DNA of 32,000 nucleotides from Candidatus Cyanaurora vandensis (GCF_013285555.1 NZ_JAAXLT010000147.1:1-32000); one strand, 5' to 3'. Numbered from the stretch's first letter, positions 15,490 through 24,622 are shown. The notes: generated from the sequence alone by a model not told the origin. Program-made: numbers and translations.

Positions 15490-15734
15490 GGAAGAAATAG
15501 CCATCACACTTTGAATCAGAAAAAACAAAGCCTGTCGCAGCCAGAGTTAGCCGCTGGCTGGCACTTTAGCCTTACTGGTTATTGCTTCTCCCCGTTAAAA
15601 AACCGCTGTGAGCCGCATCTTGAACCCCATCCGGGCCTAAATGGGCTGTGGGTAACCGGTGCTTGGCAAGAAGTCTCAGCTAGGGTTCTGACGATACATC
15701 GGCTATCATCACCCGTCGCTTTGCGTAAGTCCTG
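15460..15734. mobile_element. TIR-bounded MITE-like / decayed IS remnant (copy A, 275 bp)
   Basis: The ends are CAGGACTTACGCA (15460-15472) and its reverse complement TGCGTAAGTCCTG (15722-15734). The first 50 nt are 46/50 identical to 31063-31112. Truncated genes abut both edges. Confidence 0.6.
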
Positions 15735-15738
15735 ATAG

Positions 15739-16382
15739 CGTTATTCTACTCCAGGCTTTGATGATCCCGTCGCGCTTGGCATAGCTCCAACGGTGATGTC
15801 TATGTCACGGGACAATTCGATGACAGCACCATTGAAGCAGATATTTTGACAGTTAAGTACGATGCCAATGGCGTTGAGAAATGGGCCGACCGGCTCAACT
15901 TCACAGATGCATCCGTTGACATTCCTGCTGCGCTGGCCTTAGACAGTGCGGGTAATGTGGTGATTACTGGCTATACCTAATCCATTTCCGGCTCACCAGA
16001 AAGAAAATTGGCTAAGTACTTGACCATTAAGTACGGTCCTTTAGGTAAATTAAAGTGGTCGAGGGTCTTCAACATCGGTGACACTGATAAGGCAAGCGAC
16101 ATTGTGTTGGATGCTACAGGTAATGTCTACGTCACTGGGAGTGCTGGCTATACCTTTAGCCCAAGACCTACACAGCAGTTGACTGATTCAGACTACGGCA
16201 CTCTGAAGTACGACCCGAACGGAGTACTTCTTTGGTCTCGGTTCTATGAGGATGGTGCTGACGGGAAAACTGCTGATGGTAACAGCATTACGTTAGATAA
16301 CTCTGGCAATGTCTTTGTTACGGGTCGGTCACAGGAACCCGGAACGGAATTCGATTTTGTCACAGTCAAATACACTCCATAA
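15739..16382 (+). pseudogene. SBBP (beta-propeller) repeat protein remnant: 5'-truncated, one frameshift, one in-frame TAA
   Basis: Repeated units of the type D..GNVYVTG......D..T.KY...G...W. The reading begins 4 nt after the element edge. The frame changes near 15785 (…DDPVALGIAP / SSNGDVYVTG). TAA at 15978-15980 is in frame with the ORF at 16008-16382. Confidence 0.7.
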
Positions 16383-16465
16383 TGCTTGGGTGTAAGGACA
16401 TCACGGGCCAGGATTAACTATCCCTGGGGCAAACGTTGGTAAACCATCCTAAAATAGCCAATGCC

Positions 16466-16494
16466 AAAAAAAAGGGGGAGCCGTAGCTCCCCCC
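16466..16494 (-). terminator. Rho-independent terminator of rplM-rpsI-rpmE
   Basis: The minus strand reads GGGGGAGC-TACG-GCTCCCCC followed by T8. It begins about 15 nt after the rpmE stop. Confidence 0.85.
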
Positions 16495-16509
16495 AAGTCC
16501 AAAATAACG

Positions 16510-16758
16510 TTACTTCTTCGGTTGAGCAGCGCGGCCCCGTTGGGCCATAGCTTCGCGGCTGTACTTCTTGTTGAAGCGGTCCACCCGGCCCTCAGTGTCA
16601 ATCAGGCGTTGCTGGCCCGTGTAATAGGGATGGCACGCGGAGCAGATTTCCACGGAGATGTTGGTGGCACTAGTAGAGCGGGTATTGTAAACAGTTTTGC
16701 AACTCGTACAAGAGATGAGGATGGGGTTGTACTGGGGATGCAAGTTCTCTTTTGGCAT
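16510..16758 (-). CDS. rpmE: 50S ribosomal protein L31
   Basis: 82 aa: MPKENLHPQY..., CTSC...CSACHPYYTG, RVDRFNKKY. Confidence 0.95.
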   Translation of the reverse strand: MPKENLHPQYNPILISCTSCKTVYNTRSTSATNISVEICSACHPYYTGQQRLIDTEGRVDRFNKKYSREAMAQRGRAAQPKK

Positions 16759-16773
16759 GGTGGCCTCCCTGGG

Positions 16774-17175
16774 TTAACGCTTGGAGTACTGCTTGGCTTT
16801 GCGGGCCTTGCGTAAACCGTATTTTTTGCTCTCGACCGTCCGGGGATCGCGGGTGAGTAAGCCTTCTCGTTTGATCGGCACCCGGTTGTCGGGGTCCTGT
16901 TCCAAGAGCGCACGGGCAACTCCAAGTCGGATCGCCCCCGCTTGACCGGAGATCCCGCCGCCGTGGGCGTTCACAATCATGTCGTAGGCATTTTCGTAAC
17001 CCAGGATCTCCAGGGGTTGACGCACAAACCCAATCAGGGTCTCGCGAAACTGGAGGTACTGATTGCCCGGTACGCCATTGATGGTCATCTTGCCATCGCC
17101 GGGAATGAGACGGACACGGGCCACGGCATCTTTACGACGACCCGTCCCCCAATAGACGGCAGTGTTAGCACTCAT
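16774..17175 (-). CDS. rpsI: 30S ribosomal protein S9
   Basis: 133 aa: [12 protein letters not shown]... with C-terminal [17 protein letters not shown]. Confidence 0.95.
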   Translation of the reverse strand: MSANTAVYWGTGRRKDAVARVRLIPGDGKMTINGVPGNQYLQFRETLIGFVRQPLEILGYENAYDMIVNAHGGGISGQAGAIRLGVARALLEQDPDNRVPIKREGLLTRDPRTVESKKYGLRKARKAKQYSKR

Positions 17176-17624
17176 AGTTTCTCTCCCACGGTGAAAACAC
17201 TCGGTTGTTGGGCTTCATGGGGGTGGTTGGGACCCTTATACACCTTGAGCTTGGTGTACTGCTGACGACCAAGACGGGTGTGGGGTAACATCCCCCCAAT
17301 GGCCTTCTCGATAATCCGCTCAGGAATCCGCTTTTGGAGGTTGGTGTAGGTCTCGACCTTCATCCCGCCGGGACGACCGGAGTTGCGCCGATAGAGTTTC
17401 TGCTCCGCTTTTTTGCCCGTGACGGTAATTTTTTCAGCATTGATGACAATGACAAAATCCCCGGTGTCCTGGAAGGGGACAAAGTTGGGCTTATGCTTGC
17501 CCCGCAATAAATTCGCCACCGCCGTCGCTAAACGACCCAAATGTACCCCCGTGGCATCTACGATGTGCCAGCGGCGGTCCAGGGTTTCTGGGGTGGGAAG
17601 GATGGTCTTTTCTACAGCAGCCAT
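17172..17624 (-). CDS. rplM: 50S ribosomal protein L13
   Basis: 150 aa: [24 protein letters not shown]. It has a 4-nt ATGA overlap with rpsI. Confidence 0.95.
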   Translation of the reverse strand: MAAVEKTILPTPETLDRRWHIVDATGVHLGRLATAVANLLRGKHKPNFVPFQDTGDFVIVINAEKITVTGKKAEQKLYRRNSGRPGGMKVETYTNLQKRIPERIIEKAIGGMLPHTRLGRQQYTKLKVYKGPNHPHEAQQPSVFTVGEKL

Positions 17625-17761
17625 GCCCGTATCCTTTGGTGCATGAGTAAACTAAGCACAGTGTTCTATGATATCAAAGCTTGTTGATTTATGACAATCA
17701 AATATTGACAGGAAAACCCTAGGCTCTTTAGACTTGACCATGGTTCCTCGGTGGAGTCCCC

Positions 17762-18382
17762 ATGTTTGACCTCTACACCGCCCAGACCCCCAACGGTCAC
17801 AAAGTCGCCATTGCGTTAGAAGAACTAACGTTACCCTACCAAGTTCATCTGGTGGATATCTTCCAGGGAGAGCAGTTTAAACCAGAGTTTTTGCAGCTTA
17901 ACCCCAACCATCAGATCCCGGTCCTCGTCAATTCCCAGATGGGCGAAACACTTTTTGAGTCAGGAGCCATTCTGCTGTACCTAGCCGAACTCACTGGGCA
18001 ACTCCTCCCCGTATCTGCAACCCAACGACATCAATCCTGGCAGTGGTTATTTTTTGAAGGGGCAGTTTTTGGACCGACCGTGCGCCGGTTAGCCCTCCAG
18101 CGCAACCAGCTAAGCCATCTCGATCCTGCCGTGATTGACCCGGTGCGGGGTGAACAGGAGGTTATGCGGTTATTTGGTGTCCTCGAAGGGCGGTTGGACC
18201 AGGATTATATCGCCGGAGATTATTCCGTTGCCGATATCAGCCTCTGGCCCTGGGTGAATCTTACCGAGCGGTTGGGCTTGAGCTTGGTAGACTTTCCCCG
18301 ATTGGTGGCTTGGCGGGAGCGCGTCCGTACCCGTCCGGCGGTTTTGCGGGGATTACAGGCGACCCAGCCCATTATTGTTTAA
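17762..18382 (+). CDS. Glutathione S-transferase family protein
   Basis: 206 aa. The N-terminal thioredoxin-like GST fold is visible (NPNHQIPVLV......ESGAILLYLAE), followed by an alpha-helical C-domain. Confidence 0.8.
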   Translation: MFDLYTAQTPNGHKVAIALEELTLPYQVHLVDIFQGEQFKPEFLQLNPNHQIPVLVNSQMGETLFESGAILLYLAELTGQLLPVSATQRHQSWQWLFFEGAVFGPTVRRLALQRNQLSHLDPAVIDPVRGEQEVMRLFGVLEGRLDQDYIAGDYSVADISLWPWVNLTERLGLSLVDFPRLVAWRERVRTRPAVLRGLQATQPIIV

Positions 18383-18445
18383 CTTGCCACCGATGGGATT
18401 AGGTGACCGTCTTGGTCCGGGTCGCACCAACCGAGAGAGATCAGG

Positions 18446-19651
18446 CTAGGGCGTGTTTTGATATTTCTGCCAAAGTGGCGGGTCCAGGCTGGGATTATTG
18501 GGGGCACCGAGACCCGTGGCACAGCGGTGGACGACCAAAGCCGACTTGCCGTTGTATTTGCCCTGCTCAGTGTAATAGACATACATCCCGGTGGCTGCAG
18601 CGTAGGTCTCCGGGTCCATCCGAATCATCTCTGTCTTGCCACTGACGCGCCGCAGCAAGGGGGTTGCCGGATTGAGGGCGGCAATCCAGACCGTGGACGG
18701 ACCACCACTGTTACCCGGACTGCTGGCGACGGTCATGGAGATATAGGACTTGCCGTTATAAACAAAGGGCTCGGGAGAGCCGATGTAGGCCGTGGGGTCC
18801 GGTGGCTCAATTGTATTGACGCGAGTCCAGACTCCATTGAGTTCGGCATAGATGCCTACACTCTTGTCATCAATCAGGGCAGTTAGCACATAGGCATTGT
18901 TAAAGTCGGGGGCTCGCCACATCGCGGATTCAGCTTTACGGCCTGCATCGTTGGTCAGGGGTGTCACCACTCCGGTATCAATGTCGTAGCGGGCCACCTG
19001 ACGGGTAGTTTCGGTCCCAAGCGTCACCGTCATCGCCCGCGCGCCCTCAATCCACCGTCCGCCCAACACTGACGGGTCCTCTAGAATGCCGTTCACCACG
19101 GGATTGTTGAGTTCGAGCCATTGGACGACCCGGCCCCGGTTGACAATATTAGGGATGTAGCGGATGCGCGGGGCCACATCGTCGGCATCCTTGCTGCCAA
19201 AGGGACTGCCAGAGCCGGTACCACCGGGGATAAGTTCAACACGCCAGCCATTACCAGCACTAGCATCAGGGATAGCCCGCGCGAGGAAGTATTCGTTATT
19301 GATGAGTTTGGTGTAGACAATCTGCGAACCGGCGGCGGCATAGGCCCACTCCGCGCCATTCCCGGCCTCTTTAAGCAGGGGACTCGCCACGTCCGTATCC
19401 ACCAAGGTCCCGCGTCCATCGGCGGGGATGAAGGCACCGTTGGCATCCATCCGGGCGACCCAGAGATTGCGTAAGTCGTCCTGCCAAACCACCTGCTTGC
19501 CCGGTTGGTCAAATTCCTGGTCATTAAAACGGTCATTAGGGTTAGAGATCCGTCTATCTTCAGTAACAAATGGTTGAGCCAGAACTGGCGTAAAGCAAGT
19601 TAGTAGAGCAAGTATGACCCATGTAGACTGAACCAAACGAGGGCGACGCAT
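18446..19651 (-). CDS. Hypothetical secreted protein (401 aa), probably beta-rich or propeller-like
   Basis: Signal peptide MRRPRLVQSTWVILALLTCFTPVLAQP. The long ORF has normal composition. I recognise no family. Confidence 0.6.
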   Translation of the reverse strand: MRRPRLVQSTWVILALLTCFTPVLAQPFVTEDRRISNPNDRFNDQEFDQPGKQVVWQDDLRNLWVARMDANGAFIPADGRGTLVDTDVASPLLKEAGNGAEWAYAAAGSQIVYTKLINNEYFLARAIPDASAGNGWRVELIPGGTGSGSPFGSKDADDVAPRIRYIPNIVNRGRVVQWLELNNPVVNGILEDPSVLGGRWIEGARAMTVTLGTETTRQVARYDIDTGVVTPLTNDAGRKAESAMWRAPDFNNAYVLTALIDDKSVGIYAELNGVWTRVNTIEPPDPTAYIGSPEPFVYNGKSYISMTVASSPGNSGGPSTVWIAALNPATPLLRRVSGKTEMIRMDPETYAAATGMYVYYTEQGKYNGKSALVVHRCATGLGAPNNPSLDPPLWQKYQNTP

Positions 19652-19768
19652 GGTGATTTTACCCTTAGGTTACCCTAAGTAATTATCAGAGAAGGCAGGG
19701 CTATGCATGTATCAATAGCTACAAAAAAACTCAAGCAAATAGAAACTTTAAAGTTGAGCCCGCAGTAG

Positions 19769-21097
19769 TTATTTCGCTGCCCAGGGTCGGGCCGTCTGAC
19801 GCAAAACCTTGAAAAGGATGCCCAGCCCCCGGTCAATCTCCCAAATCTGGATCGTGAGAGCCGGTCGAAACCGCAGGCTCACCTCCCCACAAGTCAAAAA
19901 CAAACACCCGGCCTGTTTGCTCAGTTCGCGCACCCGGTCGCGGGTCGGGGTATCCACCACATCAAAGCCGATAAACGCCCCCCGGCCCCGCACATTGGCA
20001 ACTAGCCCGGTCTGTTGCCCAAATTCCCGCAGTTGCGCGAGGATGTAGGCCCCTTGCTGAGCAATCTGGGGGAGCAAGTGCTCCGCACGGATCACCTGGA
20101 TAATCTTCTCGCAGCGGACCATATCCACTAGCTGTCCGCCCCAAGTGGAGCTAATCCGCGAAGGCGTAGTGAACGTGTTATTGACCGTATCAATATGTTG
20201 GGTAGCGGCAATCCCGCAAACCTGGGTTTTTTTACCAAAAGCAACCAAATCCGGTGCAATCGGTTGATGTTCAAAAGCCCACCATTTACCCGTCGTCCCA
20301 AACCCGCATTGGACCTCATCAAAAATCACTAAACAATCAAACTCTCGGCTCAACCCATAGACCTCCTGGAGGAATTCGCCACTCAGGTGCCGGTCGCCGC
20401 CCTCACCCTGGATCGTCTCCAGCAAAATCGCACAGATATCATGGACCCGTGTTTGACTGAGGGCCGACCGCATCGCCTGTAATGCCTGCTCCTCGCCAAT
20501 TGCATCGCGGTGCGCTGTCCCCGCCCGGTCAAAGTAGAGCGCGGGAACGTCCACCCGGGGCCAATCAAATTTAGCAAAATGCGCGTATTTGCGGGGGTCG
20601 TTGGTATTGGTCACCGAGAGACAGTAACCCGTGCGCCCATGAAAAGCGTTTCTAAGATGGAGTACCTGATAGCCCTTGCCGTGGATATCCCGGTCAAAGT
20701 TGCGCCGGATCTTGTAATCCATCGCTGTTTTGAGGGCATTCTCCACCGCCACGGACCCGCCATCAATAAAGAATAAATGGCTCTGGAATTCAATAGGCAA
20801 AGTGCTAGCAAAAACTTCAACAAAGTCGGCATAATAACTGTGATAAATATCAGGAATAGCGACGCGGTACTGGCTGGCTTGGTGCAGTTTAGTTTGATAA
20901 GCTTCGTCTTCGACCACGCTGGGATGATTGTAGCCGAGGGGCAAGGAGGCAATGAAGCCGTGGAAGTCCACCAATTCTTGACTCGTCTCTGCATCCACCA
21001 GGATTGAGCCCCGTGAACGCTCTAGGTCCACAATGACCCGTTCCCCATCGGCTAGCACGTGTTTTTGAAGTCGTTCTACTACTTTACTCACCGTCAC
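19769..21097 (-). CDS. lat: L-lysine 6-transaminase (class III PLP aminotransferase, LAT type)
   Basis: 442 aa. It aligns end to end with my recollection of actinobacterial LAT (DLERS.GS.LVD, FFIDGG..AVENALK, VLHLRNAFHGR.GY, IQGEGGDRH, IFDEVQCG, VAFGKKTQVCG, SRISSTWGG). GTG start. Confidence 0.85.
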   Translation of the reverse strand: MTVSKVVERLQKHVLADGERVIVDLERSRGSILVDAETSQELVDFHGFIASLPLGYNHPSVVEDEAYQTKLHQASQYRVAIPDIYHSYYADFVEVFASTLPIEFQSHLFFIDGGSVAVENALKTAMDYKIRRNFDRDIHGKGYQVLHLRNAFHGRTGYCLSVTNTNDPRKYAHFAKFDWPRVDVPALYFDRAGTAHRDAIGEEQALQAMRSALSQTRVHDICAILLETIQGEGGDRHLSGEFLQEVYGLSREFDCLVIFDEVQCGFGTTGKWWAFEHQPIAPDLVAFGKKTQVCGIAATQHIDTVNNTFTTPSRISSTWGGQLVDMVRCEKIIQVIRAEHLLPQIAQQGAYILAQLREFGQQTGLVANVRGRGAFIGFDVVDTPTRDRVRELSKQAGCLFLTCGEVSLRFRPALTIQIWEIDRGLGILFKVLRQTARPWAAK

Positions 21098-21269
21098 ATC
21101 CCGCTAGACCCACCTCAGTATAGAAATGCCCTCTGACTTAGGCAACTTTTTCAACAAGAACCTAGGTATTTATGCCCCTCAAGTTGGATTTCAGGTCGTC
21201 TTTAGCCAGAGATAGGTTTTTTAAAGTAAATGCGTTTAGCATAGATTAACATTTGAGCGACAGATACCT

Positions 21270-22295
21270 ATGGCCTTACATGCTGAACTGCATCGCCATC
21301 TCGGGGGGTCCGTGGTACCCCGTGTGTTGTGGCGTTACCTGTTACGTCAGGGCCATCCGCTGAGTGAAAAGTTTACTCAATATGAAGATTTTGAACATTT
21401 CTATACCCGTCCCCGCGCCACCCTTGAGGAATACCTAGAACTGCACACCCTGGTCGAATCCGTCCAGACTATCGCTGAGTTGCCCTATTTTGTCTACCGA
21501 CTGATCCGGGGGGCCTATGTATTTGAAAACTTGGCCTATTTGGAGTTGCGCTATACGCCCTACTACCGCACTGATGCCAACTTGAGTATGACCGAGCGTA
21601 TCCAGCAGATGCGCGAAGTCATCCAGACCGTCGGTACTGCCGCCCGTCAGACCGAGTACCCCATCATCACCACCCAGATCCTCTGCCTCCATACCCGTCT
21701 ACCCTACGCGGTCAACCGGGCAATTGTGGAGCTAGCCGCTAAGTCCTCGGGGATGGTGGCGGGGATTGATATGGCGGGGGGAACTAGTGTCTATGGTGAG
21801 CGGATGGCGGAGTTTGTTGAGCTTTATAAGTATGCCCTCGCCCTGGGTCTCAAAACGACGGCCCATCTCTACGAAACAACCGAGGGCTGTTACCCAGAAC
21901 TGTTACCCTATGTCACACGGATCGGTCATGGCATCCAGATCCCCCTCCTTTACCCAGAACTCCTCGAACAGGTAGCCCAGCGCGGTCAATGTCTGGAGGT
22001 CTGCCCGACTACTTATTTCCAGACGGGGACGCTCCAGAATATGGAGCAATTGCAATTAATCTTCCAACGCTGTTTTGCGGCTGGGGTAGATATTGCTATC
22101 TGTACCGACAATGCCGGTTTACACAACGTAAGGTTGCCCTTTGAGTATGAGAATTTACTGACCCGCGATGTGATTGATTTTCGGCAACTTAAACAATGCC
22201 AGGAGAATGCGTTCCGCCATGCCTTTGCTTGGCCCTATCCCCAGCCCCCCCAGGCTTTTTTGTCACAATTGGCGACAGTGATATCACGCAATTAG
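21270..22295 (+). CDS. Adenosine/AMP-deaminase-family metallohydrolase
   Basis: 341 aa. The N-terminal metal motif is ELHRHLGGS (HxH). A later GIDMAG, a HLYE region, RIGHG and TDN are consistent with the adenosine deaminase fold. Confidence 0.6.
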   Translation: MALHAELHRHLGGSVVPRVLWRYLLRQGHPLSEKFTQYEDFEHFYTRPRATLEEYLELHTLVESVQTIAELPYFVYRLIRGAYVFENLAYLELRYTPYYRTDANLSMTERIQQMREVIQTVGTAARQTEYPIITTQILCLHTRLPYAVNRAIVELAAKSSGMVAGIDMAGGTSVYGERMAEFVELYKYALALGLKTTAHLYETTEGCYPELLPYVTRIGHGIQIPLLYPELLEQVAQRGQCLEVCPTTYFQTGTLQNMEQLQLIFQRCFAAGVDIAICTDNAGLHNVRLPFEYENLLTRDVIDFRQLKQCQENAFRHAFAWPYPQPPQAFLSQLATVISRN

Positions 22296-22367
22296 CCTGC
22301 GCTAGCTCACAATGAGCCGAATTGCCAACGGGTTACGCTTTATGAGTTAGCACTCGAATTCAACACC

Positions 22368-22583
22368 ATGAACCCCACCCCATTGCTTGCCCAACTCACT
22401 TACGCTGAAGCCCTTTCCGCCGCTTGTACCCAACGCCTACAGACCATCACCGAAGACACCCAGACTCTCATCAATGCCATGGATCTCTTGCTCGAACACT
22501 CCCAGACTCAATTACAGGTCATCACGCACCAGCTCTTGCTGGGTATGGACGAGGCCGACTTGTCGAGCATGCCCTACGGCTGA
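22368..22583 (+). CDS. Hypothetical small protein (71 aa)
   Basis: Supported by the ORF only. Two other overlapping ORFs exist on the same strand. This frame was chosen for its plausible helical sequence. Confidence 0.3.
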   Translation: MNPTPLLAQLTYAEALSAACTQRLQTITEDTQTLINAMDLLLEHSQTQLQVITHQLLLGMDEADLSSMPYG

Positions 22584-22597
22584 CTGGATCTCGTGAA

Positions 22598-23818
22598 CTA
22601 ACCGAGTTGTTGCAGGAGATCTAGCCCTTCTTTGCGTGCCCTGAGGTCGTAGTAGAGGACGGTTGTTGTCGTCCACCAGACAGGTAAAGCCATGATGGTC
22701 AAGGCCAAGACCAGGAGTGAGCCCAGGACACTGAGACCCGGTAACTCACTTTGGGCCAAAAGCTGAGGTACGAGAGTCGCCGCGAGGGTTAATAAGTAAA
22801 GTAGGGCGGTGACACCCAGGGTGGACCAAAAACGGCCTTGAGTCAAATCCCAACTCCGCCGTACCGCCGCTGTCACCCCCAAGTCTTCTACCGCCAGCAC
22901 GGGTAAGGCCAATTGCAGCCGGACACTGAGGTAGAGGGTCCCCACCAACCCAACGATGACTAAAACCACCGCGATTAAGGCGAAAACGATGCCCTGCTCT
23001 GGGGCAGTTGTCATGATTCCGTTAAGGCCTACCACCAAAATTGCGATGAATGAGAGGACAAGCACCGCAATATAGGGCAAGAAAACCAGCCCGCCGACGA
23101 GAAAAGAGGCCCAAACTAAGGTCCAACTCTTCGTTCGCATCTGGACTTGAGCTTGTTTGAGGCTGTAATCCTTGTTGGACAATTCCTCAAAGCTGACAAG
23201 ATGGGCCGCGCACTGCCGGAGCCAGAATTCCCGGAACCCAAAGGTCGAGGGCACCGAGGCAAGGAGCAGGGCTAGGGGAAAAAGCCAGAATAAGACGGGC
23301 GAAAACGTCGGGTTGACCATGAAGGCCGTCCCGAGGGCTGCCCCCCCAAATACAGCCAAGACGATCCCAGCGGCAATGCCTCCCGCCGTACAACCCAAGA
23401 TGAGCCACAGATAGGCTATCCCCGAGAGGAGTACATATTCCTTGAATCGCGCCCGGTAAGCATTGACCCCAGCCGAGACAATATCCCCAGCACTGCGGGG
23501 TCGGGTCGGGACTGGGGCACGGTCACGCGGACGACTAGATACGGGTGGTGGGCTCGTGACCCAGGCTGCTCCCGCTTGACATTGACTCAGGCCCTTCAAG
23601 GCGACACGGCGTAGTACTGGGTCTTCATGATTAGCGAGTTGTTCGTAGAGGCGGCGGGCCTCAGGGAGTTGTTCTAGTTTTTGGTGGGTGTGGGCTAGCC
23701 AGACCTGTATTTTTAGTTCGGTGGGGTCATCGTTGACGGCAAGCTCAAAGAGTCGTCGCGCTTCCCCAAAGTTGCCTTCTTCAAAAGCCCGGACCCCTTC
23801 TTGAAATACGGCTGACAT
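22598..23818 (-). CDS. TPR-like N-terminal domain fused to a multi-pass membrane domain protein
   Basis: The start was moved to MSAVFQEG (ATG at 23818). The N-terminus has TPR-like helices, then a Pro/Ser/Arg linker, then about 6-7 hydrophobic segments ending in YYDLRARKEG (typical of GPDPase_memb-like domains, from memory). Confidence 0.55.
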   Translation of the reverse strand: MSAVFQEGVRAFEEGNFGEARRLFELAVNDDPTELKIQVWLAHTHQKLEQLPEARRLYEQLANHEDPVLRRVALKGLSQCQAGAAWVTSPPPVSSRPRDRAPVPTRPRSAGDIVSAGVNAYRARFKEYVLLSGIAYLWLILGCTAGGIAAGIVLAVFGGAALGTAFMVNPTFSPVLFWLFPLALLLASVPSTFGFREFWLRQCAAHLVSFEELSNKDYSLKQAQVQMRTKSWTLVWASFLVGGLVFLPYIAVLVLSFIAILVVGLNGIMTTAPEQGIVFALIAVVLVIVGLVGTLYLSVRLQLALPVLAVEDLGVTAAVRRSWDLTQGRFWSTLGVTALLYLLTLAATLVPQLLAQSELPGLSVLGSLLVLALTIMALPVWWTTTTVLYYDLRARKEGLDLLQQLG

Positions 23819-23911
23819 CCTGCACTCCCGCCGGTGGCTTTGAGAATAGCCCCCCATGTTTAGCACAGTTTCTTGGTTTGTTAAGCTGGGTCCGTGAATG
23901 TACGGGGATAA

Positions 23912-24622
23912 ATGGGCCGAACGATTTTTTTATGTGCCCATGGCAGTCCAGACCCCAGGGCCGCTGTGCAACTCAGCCAATTGACGACCCTGGTTCAAGG
24001 CCAGTCCGCCCACCCCGTCCGCTCTGGGGTCCTGGAGGCGGGGGAGCTTTCGTTGACCGCTCAGGTTCAACAGGTGATTGCCGAAACTCAATGTACGGAA
24101 CTAGTGGTAGTGCCGCTCTTTTTGGTCCCCGGCAACCATGTGGAGCGCGACTTACCCGAGGCGTTGGCGGTGGTCGGGCCTTGGGTGCAGACTAGGACGA
24201 TTGGCGAGAGTAGGGCTTTAGTTGAGATATTGGCGAGTCAGGCCACGGACCAAGCGCAGCTAATCCTATTTGTTCACGGCTCTCGGCGAATCGCGGCCCA
24301 AACGCCCATTCTGAAATTACAAGCGCAGTTGAGCGAACGAGGCTGGCCGACGCAGACCGTGTTTCATCAGCAAGACCCCCACCGCCTCCCCCAGCTTCTC
24401 GCTCAGGCCAGGGGGCCGGGACTCGTTTTACCCCTGTTTTTATTTACGGGCGGGTTGACAGATTGGGCTGCCGAGCAGGTCCAGGCCTACCCCGGTTGGA
24501 CGATTGCGCCGCCCTTGGGTCTGGGTAAGACCTTATTACCCGTCCTCACTGAGTTATTGGCTCCCGACAGGATGGACGAGTCGCCCCGAGCTTGGGAGAA
24601 TGGAGACGTTCTGGAGGTCTAG
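23912..24622 (+). CDS. cbiX: Sirohydrochlorin chelatase (CbiX/SirB family)
   Basis: 236 aa with two CbiX half-domains (FLCAHGS, VVPLFLVPGNHV..D.P; LILFVHGSR, LPLFLFTGG). Confidence 0.65.
   Translation: MGRTIFLCAHGSPDPRAAVQLSQLTTLVQGQSAHPVRSGVLEAGELSLTAQVQQVIAETQCTELVVVPLFLVPGNHVERDLPEALAVVGPWVQTRTIGESRALVEILASQATDQAQLILFVHGSRRIAAQTPILKLQAQLSERGWPTQTVFHQQDPHRLPQLLAQARGPGLVLPLFLFTGGLTDWAAEQVQAYPGWTIAPPLGLGKTLLPVLTELLAPDRMDESPRAWENGDVLEV

Noticed and set aside
15511-15735. 74-aa ORF inside repeat copy A, and the 78-aa ORF pair 31107-31353 inside copy B
   Set aside because: They lie within decayed repeat elements. At best they are fragments of a former transposase gene, not intact genes.
14373-15980. 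Programmed recoding (selenocysteine, pyrrolysine or read-through) as an explanation for the in-frame stops
   Set aside because: The stops are TAA, TAG and TAA, not TGA, with no SECIS-like hairpin. They occur in three unrelated genes, together with a frameshift and truncations. Pseudogenisation is the simpler explanation.
19723-19759. Possible minus-strand terminator after lat (CTCAA...TTGAG followed by T7)
   Set aside because: It has only a 5-bp stem with a loop of about 19 nt, which is too weak to call as a feature despite the T-run.
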